A stretch of DNA of 63,460 nt from Syntrophomonadaceae bacterium. Lineage in GTDB: Bacteria; Bacillota; Dethiobacteria; DTU022. Positions within the stretch are counted from its first letter, which is position 1, and each line of letters starts with the position of its first letter. The notes beneath the pieces are model-generated. The model had not been told where the DNA came from. It made no database searches and was given only the letters and a program-made list of their open reading frames with translations. Made by a program: the position numbers and the translations under genes. The DNA lies in the NCBI GenBank assembly GCA_007132095.1, contig SLPH01000063.1, forward strand, positions 1 through 63,460, written 5' to 3'. Positions 9,372 through 18,717 of this stretch are shown here, piece by piece.

Positions 9372-10502
9372 ATGGACTTAACGCTGCAACAGCTTCAAGA
9401 CATTGCTGCAAAAATTGGGCTGAGCCAGGTAGGGGTAAGCGGACCCGAAAGGGTGGCCGGGCTTTTCGATCTCCTTGAAAAGCGCCGGGCCGAAGGGAGA
9501 ATAAGCCCTTTTGAGGAAAAGGAGCCCTTGCAGCGAATTCATCCCGGGACAATTTTTGAAGGCTGCAGCAGTGTGATAGCCCTGGCGGTGCCATTTCGGC
9601 CAAAACCGCATCGGGTACCTCTTACCGGTACTCCGCTTCCAAAAGGGCTGGTGGCAGCCTGTGCCCGTGGACTGGATTATCACCTGCTGGCAAAGGAGAA
9701 AGCAGAAGCGCTAATTTCTGCAATAGCAAAGAAAACCGGCAGTGGTAATCGGTTCCTGATTCATTGTGACCAGGGGCCGCTGGTTGAAAGAGCCCTGGCG
9801 GTTAAGGCCGGGCTTGGCATTCATGGGAATAACTGCACCCTGATAAACCCGGAATATGGTTCATACACTGCCCTGGCTTTGATCCTGACCGGGGTTGATA
9901 TAGAGCCGGGTCGGCCGTTAAAAGGCGGGTGTTCTAATTGTAGAAAATGTTTGGAACAATGCCCTACAGGCGCCCTGCTTCAGCCTGGAGTCCTTGATTA
10001 CCGGCGCTGCCTCTCATACCTAACCCAGGCTTCCGGGGAATTCCCGCACCAGTTCCGCCCCCTGCTGGGCCGGAGGATATACGGCTGCGACAGCTGCCAG
10101 GAGTGCTGTCCCCATAATAAAGAAGCAGCCTACTCTCTTTTTCCGGAGGCTTCGCTTGAATTTTTCCCGGGCGAACCGGATCTGAAGGCGCTGCTGGAGA
10201 TGACAAGAAAAGAATATGACCTGACCATTGGCCTGACTTCGGCAGGGTGGCGGGGGAAAACCACCCTGCAGCGTAACACAGTAATAGCGGCAGGGAATAC
10301 AAAAAACCCGGACATGGTCAAACTTTTGCTCCGCCTTCTGGAAAACGACCGCAGGCCTGTGATCAGGGGCCATGCTGCCTGGGCCCTGGGCCAAATTGGG
10401 GGCACAAAATCAGTCAGGGGACTGCAAAAAGCACTACCGGGCGATCCTGAGGAAACGGTTAGGGTAGAAGCTAGAATAGCCCTGGAAAAACTTACTTCCT
10501 GA
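9372..10502 (+). CDS. queG: tRNA epoxyqueuosine(34) reductase
   Basis: Two ferredoxin-type cluster motifs (CSNCRKCLEQCP, CDSCQECCP), a conserved GLGxxGxN region and C-terminal HEAT-like repeats (RGHAAWALGQIG). Confidence 0.85.
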   Translation: MDLTLQQLQDIAAKIGLSQVGVSGPERVAGLFDLLEKRRAEGRISPFEEKEPLQRIHPGTIFEGCSSVIALAVPFRPKPHRVPLTGTPLPKGLVAACARGLDYHLLAKEKAEALISAIAKKTGSGNRFLIHCDQGPLVERALAVKAGLGIHGNNCTLINPEYGSYTALALILTGVDIEPGRPLKGGCSNCRKCLEQCPTGALLQPGVLDYRRCLSYLTQASGEFPHQFRPLLGRRIYGCDSCQECCPHNKEAAYSLFPEASLEFFPGEPDLKALLEMTRKEYDLTIGLTSAGWRGKTTLQRNTVIAAGNTKNPDMVKLLLRLLENDRRPVIRGHAAWALGQIGGTKSVRGLQKALPGDPEETVRVEARIALEKLTS

Positions 10503-10929
10503 GCCCTTTAATTACGGTGAAAACCGCAAGGGCAATAACGAGGGCGCCCGCAGAAACGGCGGGGATAAGCAGCCTGATAAATTGTCCTTCCTGCTGCATG
10601 GCCCAGCGCTGGCCGCTGTTGACAAGGCCGTGCTCCAGCAGGGCAGGCAGGCTGACAGCCAGCAGCAGGGTGGAGAGCAGTATGGGCGCCCATTGAAAGC
10701 GTTTAAATTCGTCTCCTTCCGGAAATCCGAGAAATGCGGAAAAGAGAAGAGACAGTTCACCGCTGCGAAGGTCGTATAGGGCTAAAGCCAAAAAAAGCCC
10801 GCCAAGAAAGAGCATGAAAAGGTGCGATAAACCAAAGTAGGCAAATAGTAATATTGCGGCAAGCAGCGTTACCAGGTCGAGTACTATGAAGATAACCGCT
10901 CTTTTGTAGTTCATTCCTTTTTCTGACAC
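10492..10929 (-). CDS. hypothetical 4-TM membrane protein
   Basis: 145-aa hydrophobic ORF. I recognise no family. The start is uncertain (GTG 10929 or ATG 10914). Its 3' end overlaps the 3' end of queG. Confidence 0.45.
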   Translation of the reverse strand: MSEKGMNYKRAVIFIVLDLVTLLAAILLFAYFGLSHLFMLFLGGLFLALALYDLRSGELSLLFSAFLGFPEGDEFKRFQWAPILLSTLLLAVSLPALLEHGLVNSGQRWAMQQEGQFIRLLIPAVSAGALVIALAVFTVIKGLRK

Positions 10930-11038
10930 CGCCTTTCTAATTAATAAGAACAGGCTTAAGAATTTCCGGCAGGTATTTTACCTTTTAGCCAACCCTGTAG
11001 TATTATTATACTAAATCTTTCGATGGAGGCATGCAGAA

Positions 11039-12160
11039 ATGAGCAGTTCTTTTCATTTGACCCGGGTTAAAGGGATACCGGTAGAAATTCATATTAGCTG
11101 GCTGCTTGTGTTCTTCCTTTTCAGCGTAGCCCTGGCCGGATCATATTACCCGGAAATGGCGCCCGGGCTGAGCACTACAGCATATTGGGCGGCCGGAATG
11201 CTGACTACGATCATCGCTTTCGCTTCGGTCCTTTTACATGAGTTAGGACATTCCCTGGTGGCAATAAGCGAGGGCATTCCGATCAAAAAAATTACCCTCT
11301 TCATTTTCGGCGGGGTAGCGCAAATGGAAGCAGAGCCAAAAACCCCGGGGGCAGAATTCAAGATTACCGCCGCCGGGCCGCTGACCAGCCTTGCCATTGC
11401 CATTGTTCTGTTTGCCCTCTATTACCTCTTCCCTGCTCCGGGCCGGCTCTACAGCGAATCAATTTTTTTTGTAGCCCGCTTAAACCTGATCGTTTCGGTT
11501 TTCAACCTCATTCCTGCCTTTCCCCTTGACGGAGGGCGAATTTTTCGTTCCCTGATCTGGCATTTTAACAAAAATATGCTCAAAGCAACCCGGATTGCCG
11601 TTAATACCGGCAGTGCCTTTTCCTTCTTTGCCATGGGGTTAGGGTTTATGATGATCTTTTTCCAGGGCCAACTCTGGGGGCTGTGGCTAATTTTCCTGGG
11701 CTGGATGATCTATCAGGCCGGCCAGTCGAGCTATTCGCAGCTTGTTTTCCAGGAGACTTTCTCCGGCGTAAAGGTATCTTCCCTGATGAGCACTGCGCTG
11801 GAAACGGTTTCACCCGACCTTACTCTCGACGAACTGGCAGAGCATTTCTTGCACCACAAATTCGGCGCTTTCCCCGTAGTTTACGGATCCACAACTCACG
11901 GCCTGGTATCGCTGCAGGATTTAAAAGCGGTACCGCGGGAGAATTGGCCGGCCACAAGAGTGAGCAGCGTCATGACCCCTTTGAAAAACTGCCTTGTTTT
12001 GAAACCTGATACCGACGCAGCAGGTGTGATGATGAAAATGGCCTCGCTAAACACCGGAAGAGCCCTGGTTATGGACGAGGGCGAACTGGTTGGCCTGCTC
12101 AGCCGTACCGACATGATGAGATTTATCCAGATGCACATGGTCTTAGGTTCCGACCAATGA
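11039..12160 (+). CDS. M50 (site-2 protease family) zinc metalloprotease with tandem CBS domains
   Basis: HELGHSLVA (HExxH) in a TM helix, a later FPLDGG motif and C-terminal CBS-like repeats. SD GGAGG upstream. Confidence 0.85.
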   Translation: MSSSFHLTRVKGIPVEIHISWLLVFFLFSVALAGSYYPEMAPGLSTTAYWAAGMLTTIIAFASVLLHELGHSLVAISEGIPIKKITLFIFGGVAQMEAEPKTPGAEFKITAAGPLTSLAIAIVLFALYYLFPAPGRLYSESIFFVARLNLIVSVFNLIPAFPLDGGRIFRSLIWHFNKNMLKATRIAVNTGSAFSFFAMGLGFMMIFFQGQLWGLWLIFLGWMIYQAGQSSYSQLVFQETFSGVKVSSLMSTALETVSPDLTLDELAEHFLHHKFGAFPVVYGSTTHGLVSLQDLKAVPRENWPATRVSSVMTPLKNCLVLKPDTDAAGVMMKMASLNTGRALVMDEGELVGLLSRTDMMRFIQMHMVLGSDQ

Positions 12161-12205
12161 GCTGGAACTTAAATATACCGAAGTAAAAGGAGTAGTGGTC
12201 CAATA

Positions 12206-12646
12206 ATGGCTGCACTGGTAGAACCGGTTAAGCGTGGCTTTACTAAAAGCCTGAGCCTGCTGTTAATGCTAACGAAAATAATTGTCCCTGTTACCATTCT
12301 GGTAGCTGTTCTCGATCATTTTGGGATAGTGGAACATATCGCCCACTTCTTTTCCCCGGCCATGTCCCTCCTGGGGCTGCCCGGGGAAGCAACCATTATC
12401 CTGCTGCTCGGATTTTTCATTAACCTGTACGCCGCCCTGGGCGTGATCGCCGCGATCTCCCTCAGCGCCCAGCAGCTGACTGTTTTGGCCCTGATGTTGG
12501 GAATCTGCCATGAACTGCCAGTTGAAACCATGGTCTGCCGCTATACCGGCCTTCCGGTTCCGGTTTCAGCCCTCCTGCGGATCGTCACGGCGTTTATTGC
12601 CGGCTTTGCCTTACATTTAACCTATAGTCTCTTCGGGGGAGGGTAA
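12206..12646 (+). CDS. nucleoside-recognition (Gate) domain membrane protein
   Basis: Hydrophobic 146-aa ORF with the LLGLPGEATIILLLGFFINLYAALG motif typical of Gate-domain proteins. Confidence 0.55.
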   Translation: MAALVEPVKRGFTKSLSLLLMLTKIIVPVTILVAVLDHFGIVEHIAHFFSPAMSLLGLPGEATIILLLGFFINLYAALGVIAAISLSAQQLTVLALMLGICHELPVETMVCRYTGLPVPVSALLRIVTAFIAGFALHLTYSLFGGG

Positions 12647-12653
12647 GCCGCTC

Positions 12654-13139
12654 ATGATCCAGTTATTAATCGATACCGTTGTAAGCACCTTAACCACGAT
12701 CGGGCGGCTGGCTCTGCTGCTAATTCCGATCATGATTCTGATTGAACTGGCCAGGCACTTCAGGCTGATCGAAAAAATGACCCATAAGATCAAGGGCGCC
12801 CTGAGATTACTTACCCTGCCACCTGAAGCAGCCTTTCCGCTGCTGGTGGGGATGTTTTTCGGCATCGTCCTGGGAGCGGCCCTGATCATTGATTACGCGC
12901 GCGAAGGCATTCTCAAAAAGAGAGATCTAATCCTGATTGGAATCTTCTTAAGTATATCCCACTCGGTGATTGAAGATACCTTTATATTTGCCGTCTTCGG
13001 TGCCAATCCGGTTATACTGGTCCTAACCCGGCTGGCCCTGGCGATCATTATCACCAGGATCGCAGCGATATTCCTCGATCGATACCACCACGGCGGGGAA
13101 GAAGCGCCGGTGAACAGCGAAGGCCAAACAAGCCCGTAA
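12654..13139 (+). CDS. nucleoside-recognition (Gate) domain membrane protein, partner of 12206..12646
   Basis: Hydrophobic 161-aa ORF 7 nt downstream of the previous gene, with LPPEAAFPLLVGMFFG. SD GGGGGAGGG upstream. Confidence 0.5.
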   Translation: MIQLLIDTVVSTLTTIGRLALLLIPIMILIELARHFRLIEKMTHKIKGALRLLTLPPEAAFPLLVGMFFGIVLGAALIIDYAREGILKKRDLILIGIFLSISHSVIEDTFIFAVFGANPVILVLTRLALAIIITRIAAIFLDRYHHGGEEAPVNSEGQTSP

Positions 13140-13293
13140 CTTCTGGTGAAATATCAACAATTAAGCTATACAACAAAATATCTAACAGGCCAAACAAAAA
13201 CAAGCGGTTGGTTTTCCTTACAGCTAAAATGCTGACAGGCTGCCCTGTTTATCTAAAAAATTTTCCGGTAACAGCAGGGCACCCGGTCTGAGC

Positions 13294-13782
13294 TTACATA
13301 AAGAGAAGCTCAATCCAGTGGGCAATCAAACCGGCCGCTATACATACAGGAATGTGCAGGGCAATCCTGAACAGGCTGAAGCGCAAGCCTAAAAAACCGC
13401 TCTCGAAAGGCACCCGCGAAAGCCCCAGGAATGTCCAGCCGGTAATAAGGGCGATAGTAGTACCGAGACCGGCGCCGGAGGCATATATGGTGGCGATTAT
13501 GGGATATGAAGCGTACGGCCCTACTGCCATAAGCATTCCCCCGAGGGTGCCGAGAAGGACTCCTGTCAGGCCGGCTTCACCGGCCAGCCATCTTTTAACA
13601 AACTCTTCCGGGATTAATACTTCAAGCATACCGGCCAGGAGCAGGGCTAAAAGGATTGCAGGCAAAACAGTTATCAGACCCCTGAGCCCGGCTCTGAGGC
13701 CGTTCATGTGCATCCCTTTTTTCATATTTATAAAATACAAGACCAGGGCCAGGAAGAGAAAAATAACGGTGGTAAAAATCAT
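13294..13782 (-). CDS. putative permease, C-terminal half (COG0701/ArsP-like)
   Basis: Polytopic 162-aa ORF. Its ATG overlaps the upstream stop codon (ATGA). Confidence 0.45.
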   Translation of the reverse strand: MIFTTVIFLFLALVLYFINMKKGMHMNGLRAGLRGLITVLPAILLALLLAGMLEVLIPEEFVKRWLAGEAGLTGVLLGTLGGMLMAVGPYASYPIIATIYASGAGLGTTIALITGWTFLGLSRVPFESGFLGLRFSLFRIALHIPVCIAAGLIAHWIELLFM

Positions 13783-14309
13783 TGTTCGGCCTCCTTTTCC
13801 CAGTAGACGCCGGCCGGCCCATCAGGGAAAAAACGCCTGCTCAGCAGCCCCATCAGGAAAGGGACGGGTAATGTAATCAAGTTCCTCAGCAGGGCCAGTC
13901 CGGGTGAAATAAGGCTGATTTCTAAAGGCAGCCTGGTAAAATCATAGCCATGCTTACCGATGACAAAAGAATAGAGCAGGTAAAAAGGGATGCCTTTTCC
14001 TCTGAAGCCCACCAGGAAGGGGTAAAGAATGTAGGGTCCACCGGGCATCAGGCCGCCGGCAAGAGAGCTGAAAGCTATCCCCCTGCTTCCTGAATACTTT
14101 TCCAGCAAGGCTTTAATCACATCAGGAGTAAGCAGCATCTGCAGCTGACCGATGACCAGGAATGCAGCCAGGATCAAGGGGACAGCCTGCGATGCGGTCA
14201 GAGAGGCCCTGCCCAGCCCGGCCGTGACCAGTTCAATGCCACCGCTAATATAGGCGATACTAATCATCACCAGCGTTACGACCAGAAGTCCGAGGATCGT
14301 TTTCTTCAA
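13779..14309 (-). CDS. putative permease, N-terminal half (COG0701/ArsP-like)
   Basis: Polytopic 176-aa ORF. TTG start with GGAGGGG SD. Confidence 0.45.
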   Translation of the reverse strand: MKKTILGLLVVTLVMISIAYISGGIELVTAGLGRASLTASQAVPLILAAFLVIGQLQMLLTPDVIKALLEKYSGSRGIAFSSLAGGLMPGGPYILYPFLVGFRGKGIPFYLLYSFVIGKHGYDFTRLPLEISLISPGLALLRNLITLPVPFLMGLLSRRFFPDGPAGVYWEKEAEQ

Positions 14310-14480
14310 GATAGTTACCCCTCCATTTTTTAATTCGCAGCGTTACCTTCTCTGTTTCCGTTTATTTCATCCAAAGCCTTCTTGACGCCGGGATCCGGTT
14401 TTAATAATAGGAGCAGGAGTCAGTACCGGCGTGACGGGGTTCCCAACAGGCTATTTCTACTAAAGTTTCTTCAATCCTTC

Positions 14481-14517
14481 AGAAAGATAAAGGCAGGCAG
14501 GAGTTACCCTGTCTGCC
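14481..14517 (-). terminator. rho-independent terminator after the compatible-solute ABC operon
   Basis: On the minus strand, GGCAGACAGG-GUAACU-CCUGCCUGCC (one mismatch) followed by UUUAUCUUUCU. About 90 nt downstream of stop 14607. Confidence 0.65.
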
Positions 14518-14606
14518 CTTTCAATTGGCTGTTTTCCCTATGAAGTTGTTGTCTCAGGTATCGGACTACTCATGTTGATTCAAACAATCACAATCTCTTT
14601 CTTATT

Positions 14607-15602
14607 TTACTCGATGAAGCCTTTCTCAATCAGCCATTCTTCGGCAGCTTCAACAGGCTCGTAGTCTTCAAAAGCAACTTTCTCGTTCAATCCGGACATT
14701 TCTTCAGCAGTCAGAGCCCGGGCAATCGGATTGAGAATATCCGCTATTTGCGGCAGATCATCCAGTGCATCCTGACGCACAACCGGCGCGCAATTGTAAG
14801 GCGGGTGGAACAGCAGGTCATCTTCCAGGTTTACGAAATCATAAGCGGCAATTTCCGGGTTAGTCGCAAAACCTGAAGCAGTCGAGACCTGCTCATTTAG
14901 AAGAGCCTGGTAAGTGAGCGCCAGGTCCATCACATTCAATTCTTCGAACTCAAAATCATACAGTTCGCTCAAACCGAGATATCCATCCGGACGGGCAGAG
15001 TATTCGTGCCCGCTGGCAAAGGACCAGGTTCCCGGTTCAGGCGCTTCAACGCCGGTATTGATAGCTTCAGCAAGGTCACTAATCGTTTCAATACCCCATT
15101 CTTCAGCATCAGCACGGCGCATCATAACCGTATAGGTATTATTGAATCCGGTTACATCCAGCCAGACCAGGCCGTTGGCGAGGTCTTCTTCTTTTACCAG
15201 CTCATAGAGTTCCTCAGGATCGGTAACCGCTTCATCGTAGCCGAATATTTCCATCCAGGCCGTCCCCGTATATTCCCAATATATGTCAATATCTCCTCTT
15301 TCAAGAGCTTCGCGGGCAATAACGGTTCCACCCAGGCCGGTTTCATCGACGGTGGGGATTCCATGATATTCCAGGGCCAGAATTGCCAGCTGCCCCAAAA
15401 TAAGCGGTTCGGTAAACTCTTTAGAACCGACCACTATCTCCCGGTCAATAGCCGGATCATCAACCGGGTCATCAACAGGGTCATCGACCGGATCGTCAAC
15501 AGGATCGTCAACAACTTCTTCCGGCTCACAACCGATCACGAACAGTGAACCCACAATCAACAATGCCGCTAACAGCAGCGCAAACATATATTTAGCATTC
15601 AT
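14607..15602 (-). CDS. glycine betaine/choline-type ABC transporter substrate-binding lipoprotein
   Basis: ATG at 15602 with AAGGGGGAA SD. Lipobox FVIGC. Acidic (DDPV)x5 tether. Body resembles OpuAC/OpuCC-type binding proteins (GSKEFTEPLILG, DIYWEYTGT). Confidence 0.8.
   Translation of the reverse strand: MNAKYMFALLLAALLIVGSLFVIGCEPEEVVDDPVDDPVDDPVDDPVDDPAIDREIVVGSKEFTEPLILGQLAILALEYHGIPTVDETGLGGTVIAREALERGDIDIYWEYTGTAWMEIFGYDEAVTDPEELYELVKEEDLANGLVWLDVTGFNNTYTVMMRRADAEEWGIETISDLAEAINTGVEAPEPGTWSFASGHEYSARPDGYLGLSELYDFEFEELNVMDLALTYQALLNEQVSTASGFATNPEIAAYDFVNLEDDLLFHPPYNCAPVVRQDALDDLPQIADILNPIARALTAEEMSGLNEKVAFEDYEPVEAAEEWLIEKGFIE
15450..15509 (-). repeat. five tandem 12-nt units encoding (DDPV)x4-DDPA
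   Basis: Minus-strand reading: GAC GAT CCT GTT / GAC GAT CCG GTC / GAT GAC CCT GTT / GAT GAC CCG GTT / GAT GAT CCG GCT. Confidence 0.9.
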
Positions 15603-15734
15603 AAAACTAAGTTCCCCCTTTATATTTTCTCCTTTACAGGAAAACAGCCAAACTTTATAATCATTAATCACACTTTAAGGCGAAAAATCTTCAAGTATAT
15701 AGATTGAGCGTTAATAATTGAACCTGTTCCTTCC

Positions 15735-16457
15735 TTAAGACCAGCGCACCAGGTACGACTCGAACCGGGCAACAAGGTAGTCGAGAATAATCGCAGTAAT
15801 CGCCGCCAGTACAGCGCCATTTAAGATAATCATTTCCCGCTGCAGGGATAGTCCGGTTACGATCAGATCGCCGATTCCGCCGCCACCGATAAAAGTGGCC
15901 AGGGTTGCCGCTCCTACATTAATCACAACCGCGGTTCTTATACCCGAGGCGATGATCGGGTAGGCGATAGGCAGTTCAATCCGGGTTAAAATCCGGAAAG
16001 GGCTCATGCCCATGCCCCTGGCTGATTCAATGATGCTTGAATCTACATTGACTATCCCGGCAAAAGTGTTACGCAGTATAGGCAAAATTGAGTAGAGGAA
16101 CAGGGCAAAAACCGCTGTTCTAAAGCCCAGCCCCAAAACGGAAAGGAAAAGGGCCAGGACAGCAAGACTGGGCACGGTTTGCCCCACGTTAACAATCGCT
16201 TCCACCCCTTTACCAATATAGAAAAGCCCGGGTCTTGAAAGCATTATACCAACCAGCACTCCCACCACGGTTGCGCCGATCATGGATACCAGCATCAACC
16301 AGAGATGCTCAGAAAGCGAGTCCATTACCTTGCCATAGGTAAGGTAGCTAGCTACAAGCCGGTCAGTGGGATTGTTGACGGAATAAACGACAATGGCCGC
16401 CCCGGCGGCAGCAAGGACTAAAGGTACGGCCAGCCATTCCCGCAGGGTCTGCAGCAT
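15735..16457 (-). CDS. ABC transporter permease (OpuCB/OpuCD type)
   Basis: ATG at 16457 directly after the ATPase stop, with GGAGGAGGG SD. BPD-type permease with SARGMGMSPFRILTRIELP (EAA-like loop). Confidence 0.85.
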   Translation of the reverse strand: MLQTLREWLAVPLVLAAAGAAIVVYSVNNPTDRLVASYLTYGKVMDSLSEHLWLMLVSMIGATVVGVLVGIMLSRPGLFYIGKGVEAIVNVGQTVPSLAVLALFLSVLGLGFRTAVFALFLYSILPILRNTFAGIVNVDSSIIESARGMGMSPFRILTRIELPIAYPIIASGIRTAVVINVGAATLATFIGGGGIGDLIVTGLSLQREMIILNGAVLAAITAIILDYLVARFESYLVRWS

Positions 16458-16459
16458 AG

Positions 16460-17572
16460 CTATCCCTCCTCCTTGACAACGTTCAGGAGATCGCCCAGGG
16501 TAATTGTTCCCTGGTACTGGTCTTCCTCGTTTACCACGGCAACGTAGCCTTCGCCGCATTCGAGCATCACCGAAAGAGCATCGTTAAGGGTAGCGTCGCT
16601 GGTAACCGAATCCGGCAGGTCATTCATATAGTCGGATGCTACTTCGCCGGCTTTCTTTTTCAAATCGCCTATGCCGATAACACCCTTAAGCTTGTTATCC
16701 CTGTCGACAACCATTACCGAGCGAATACTGCTTTCTTCAATCCGCTTTTCGATCTCCTGGAGCGGCAAATCAATAGCCGCCGGTTTAGCCCGGTCAACAT
16801 CATCAAGGATCTCCCTGATCCGGATCAGGTGCAGGCGCTTGATGGAACGATTACGCCCAACCAGGCTGGAAACAAACTCATCGGCAGGCGCACTTAAAAG
16901 ATCGCTCGGCGTATCGTGCTGAATCAGTTCGCCATTGCGCATAACTGCTATGGTATCGCCCATCTTAATCGCTTCATCAATGTCATGGGTTACAAAGACA
17001 ATTGTTTTGCTGATTCGTTCCTGAATTCGCAGGAATTCATTCTGCAGCCTGGCCCTGGTAATTGGATCAACAGCGCCAAAGGGTTCGTCCATCAGCATAA
17101 TTGGCGGATCTGAAACCATCGCCCGGGCCACGCCCACTCTCTGCCGCTGCCCGCCGCTCAGCGCTGAAGGGTAACGATTAGCGTAAATTTCAGGATCCAG
17201 GCCAACCAGTTTCAAAAAATCATCAACACGCTGCTTGGTCTTTTCCCTGGACCATTTTTTCTCCCTTGGCACGGTGGCAACATTCTGCTCGATCGTGTAA
17301 TGAGGGAAAAGGCCGATCTCCTGAATAACATAGCCGATATCGAGGCGCAGCTTAATCGGATCCATTTTCAGCGCATCCTGGCCGTCAATATAGATTTTAC
17401 CGCTGGTCGGTTCATGGATACGGTTGATCATCTTCATTGTTGTAGTTTTACCGCAGCCCGACGGCCCCACCAGGACGCATATATCACCTTTCTTAATGTC
17501 CATGCTTAAATCTTTTACCGCAGGCACCTTCATCCCCGGGAATTTTTTGGTTACATTCTCAAGCTTGATCAT
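16460..17572 (-). CDS. compatible-solute ABC transporter ATP-binding protein with C-terminal CBS pair
   Basis: Walker A GPSGCGKTT, signature LSGGQRQRV, Walker B IMLMDEPF and a CBS tandem at the C-terminus. ATG at 17572 with GGGAGG SD. Confidence 0.9.
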   Translation of the reverse strand: MIKLENVTKKFPGMKVPAVKDLSMDIKKGDICVLVGPSGCGKTTTMKMINRIHEPTSGKIYIDGQDALKMDPIKLRLDIGYVIQEIGLFPHYTIEQNVATVPREKKWSREKTKQRVDDFLKLVGLDPEIYANRYPSALSGGQRQRVGVARAMVSDPPIMLMDEPFGAVDPITRARLQNEFLRIQERISKTIVFVTHDIDEAIKMGDTIAVMRNGELIQHDTPSDLLSAPADEFVSSLVGRNRSIKRLHLIRIREILDDVDRAKPAAIDLPLQEIEKRIEESSIRSVMVVDRDNKLKGVIGIGDLKKKAGEVASDYMNDLPDSVTSDATLNDALSVMLECGEGYVAVVNEEDQYQGTITLGDLLNVVKEEG

Positions 17573-17579
17573 TATCTGT

Positions 17580-18311
17580 TTACCTCCCTGCCTTTCCTCT
17601 TGCTGCAAAATAACGCTCACCCCCGGATAAAACGAAATCAAAGACAAGGGCAATCACAGAGACGCCCAGTGCCCCGGCAATAATCATCGGTTCACTCTGC
17701 CTGGAAATGCCCTGGAATATCAAACTGCCAAGGCCTCCTGCTCCTACATACGCGGCAATGGCCCCGATTCCCACGACCATAACTGTGGCGGTTCGGATAC
17801 CGGCCATTATTACCGGCATAGCCAGCGGTATTTTCACTTTTGATAAAATTCGCCACTCAGTCATACCCATGGCAACGGCAGATTCGACTATAGCCGGACT
17901 TAACTCCTTAATACCCGTGTAGGTGTTACGCACAATCGGTAAAAGGCTGTAGAGGATCAGGGCTATCATTCCTGTTCTGAAACCGATCCCGAACAGCGGC
18001 ACCAGGAATCCGAGCATGGCAATACTGGGAATAGTCATCAGGATCTGGCAAACTGAAAGAACTAGACCTGCAGCCCCGGTGTAGTAGCTGATCAAAATTC
18101 CGATGATAATAGAAACAACAATTGCAATGGCAACTGAGAGCAAAACCAGCCAGAGGTGTTCCAAAAACAGGCCCCAGACCAATTCACTTCTTCGATCCAG
18201 ATAGGCCAGGGTTCTGGAAAGCAGGGAAGGGTCAGTTCCCTGGGCAGCCAGAATTGTGTGCTTTAAAAAAGGGGCCGCTGCTGTGAAGGGCAACCCGAAT
18301 AGGTCAATCAT
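17580..18311 (-). CDS. ABC transporter permease (OpuCB/OpuCD type)
   Basis: Polytopic, with EAA-like loop ESAVAMGMTEWRILSKVKIP. First gene of the four-gene operon. Confidence 0.85.
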   Translation of the reverse strand: MIDLFGLPFTAAAPFLKHTILAAQGTDPSLLSRTLAYLDRRSELVWGLFLEHLWLVLLSVAIAIVVSIIIGILISYYTGAAGLVLSVCQILMTIPSIAMLGFLVPLFGIGFRTGMIALILYSLLPIVRNTYTGIKELSPAIVESAVAMGMTEWRILSKVKIPLAMPVIMAGIRTATVMVVGIGAIAAYVGAGGLGSLIFQGISRQSEPMIIAGALGVSVIALVFDFVLSGGERYFAARGKAGR

Positions 18312-18539
18312 TTATCGCTAATCGCCTCCTCTGTTTATTTGAACGAATACAAAATAGGCCGCAATATTAACTAGCATAGCCGTATTCTCAATACTAAAGT
18401 TGTAGTGATTCCAAATAGAAAGCGCGGAAACAACCCGGAGCACAAGGGTGTAATAGCCATTGGTATGTATACTATTTAATGCTAGTTTAGGAACTATATT
18501 TATTATTACATATCCAGAAAAAGGGCACAAATATTACCT

Positions 18540-18568
18540 TTTATAGCATTTAGCCTGCATATTGCCAA
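18540..18568 (-). promoter_or_regulatory. sigma-A-type promoter for the ABC operon
   Basis: Minus strand: TTGGCA, 17 nt, TATAAA. It implies a ~220-nt AT-rich 5' leader. Confidence 0.5.
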
Positions 18569-18717
18569 TTTGCCTGTATATGAGAGTTTATCAAGTTTCA
18601 GGCTGTCTCAGCAGTGCTCTGGCTTTTATATGGATGTATATCCAAACAATTTATTAACTGCCGGACATTAAAGAGCTGTGATATAATATTGTGGTATTTT
18701 ACAGGGAGGCAATAACT

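Noticed and set aside
13352-13876. 174-aa Arg/Pro-rich plus-strand ORF.
   Set aside because: It is the antisense shadow of the two permease halves.
15745-15775. A GGTTCGAGTC string (minus strand) resembling a tRNA T-loop.
   Set aside because: The flanks cannot form a T-stem or an acceptor stem, and it lies in the coding 3' end of the permease gene.
18318-18530. 70-aa ORF directly upstream of the ABC operon.
   Set aside because: It has a TTG start without an SD and an odd composition. Its stop lies within the SD of the next gene. It more likely belongs to the 5' UTR.
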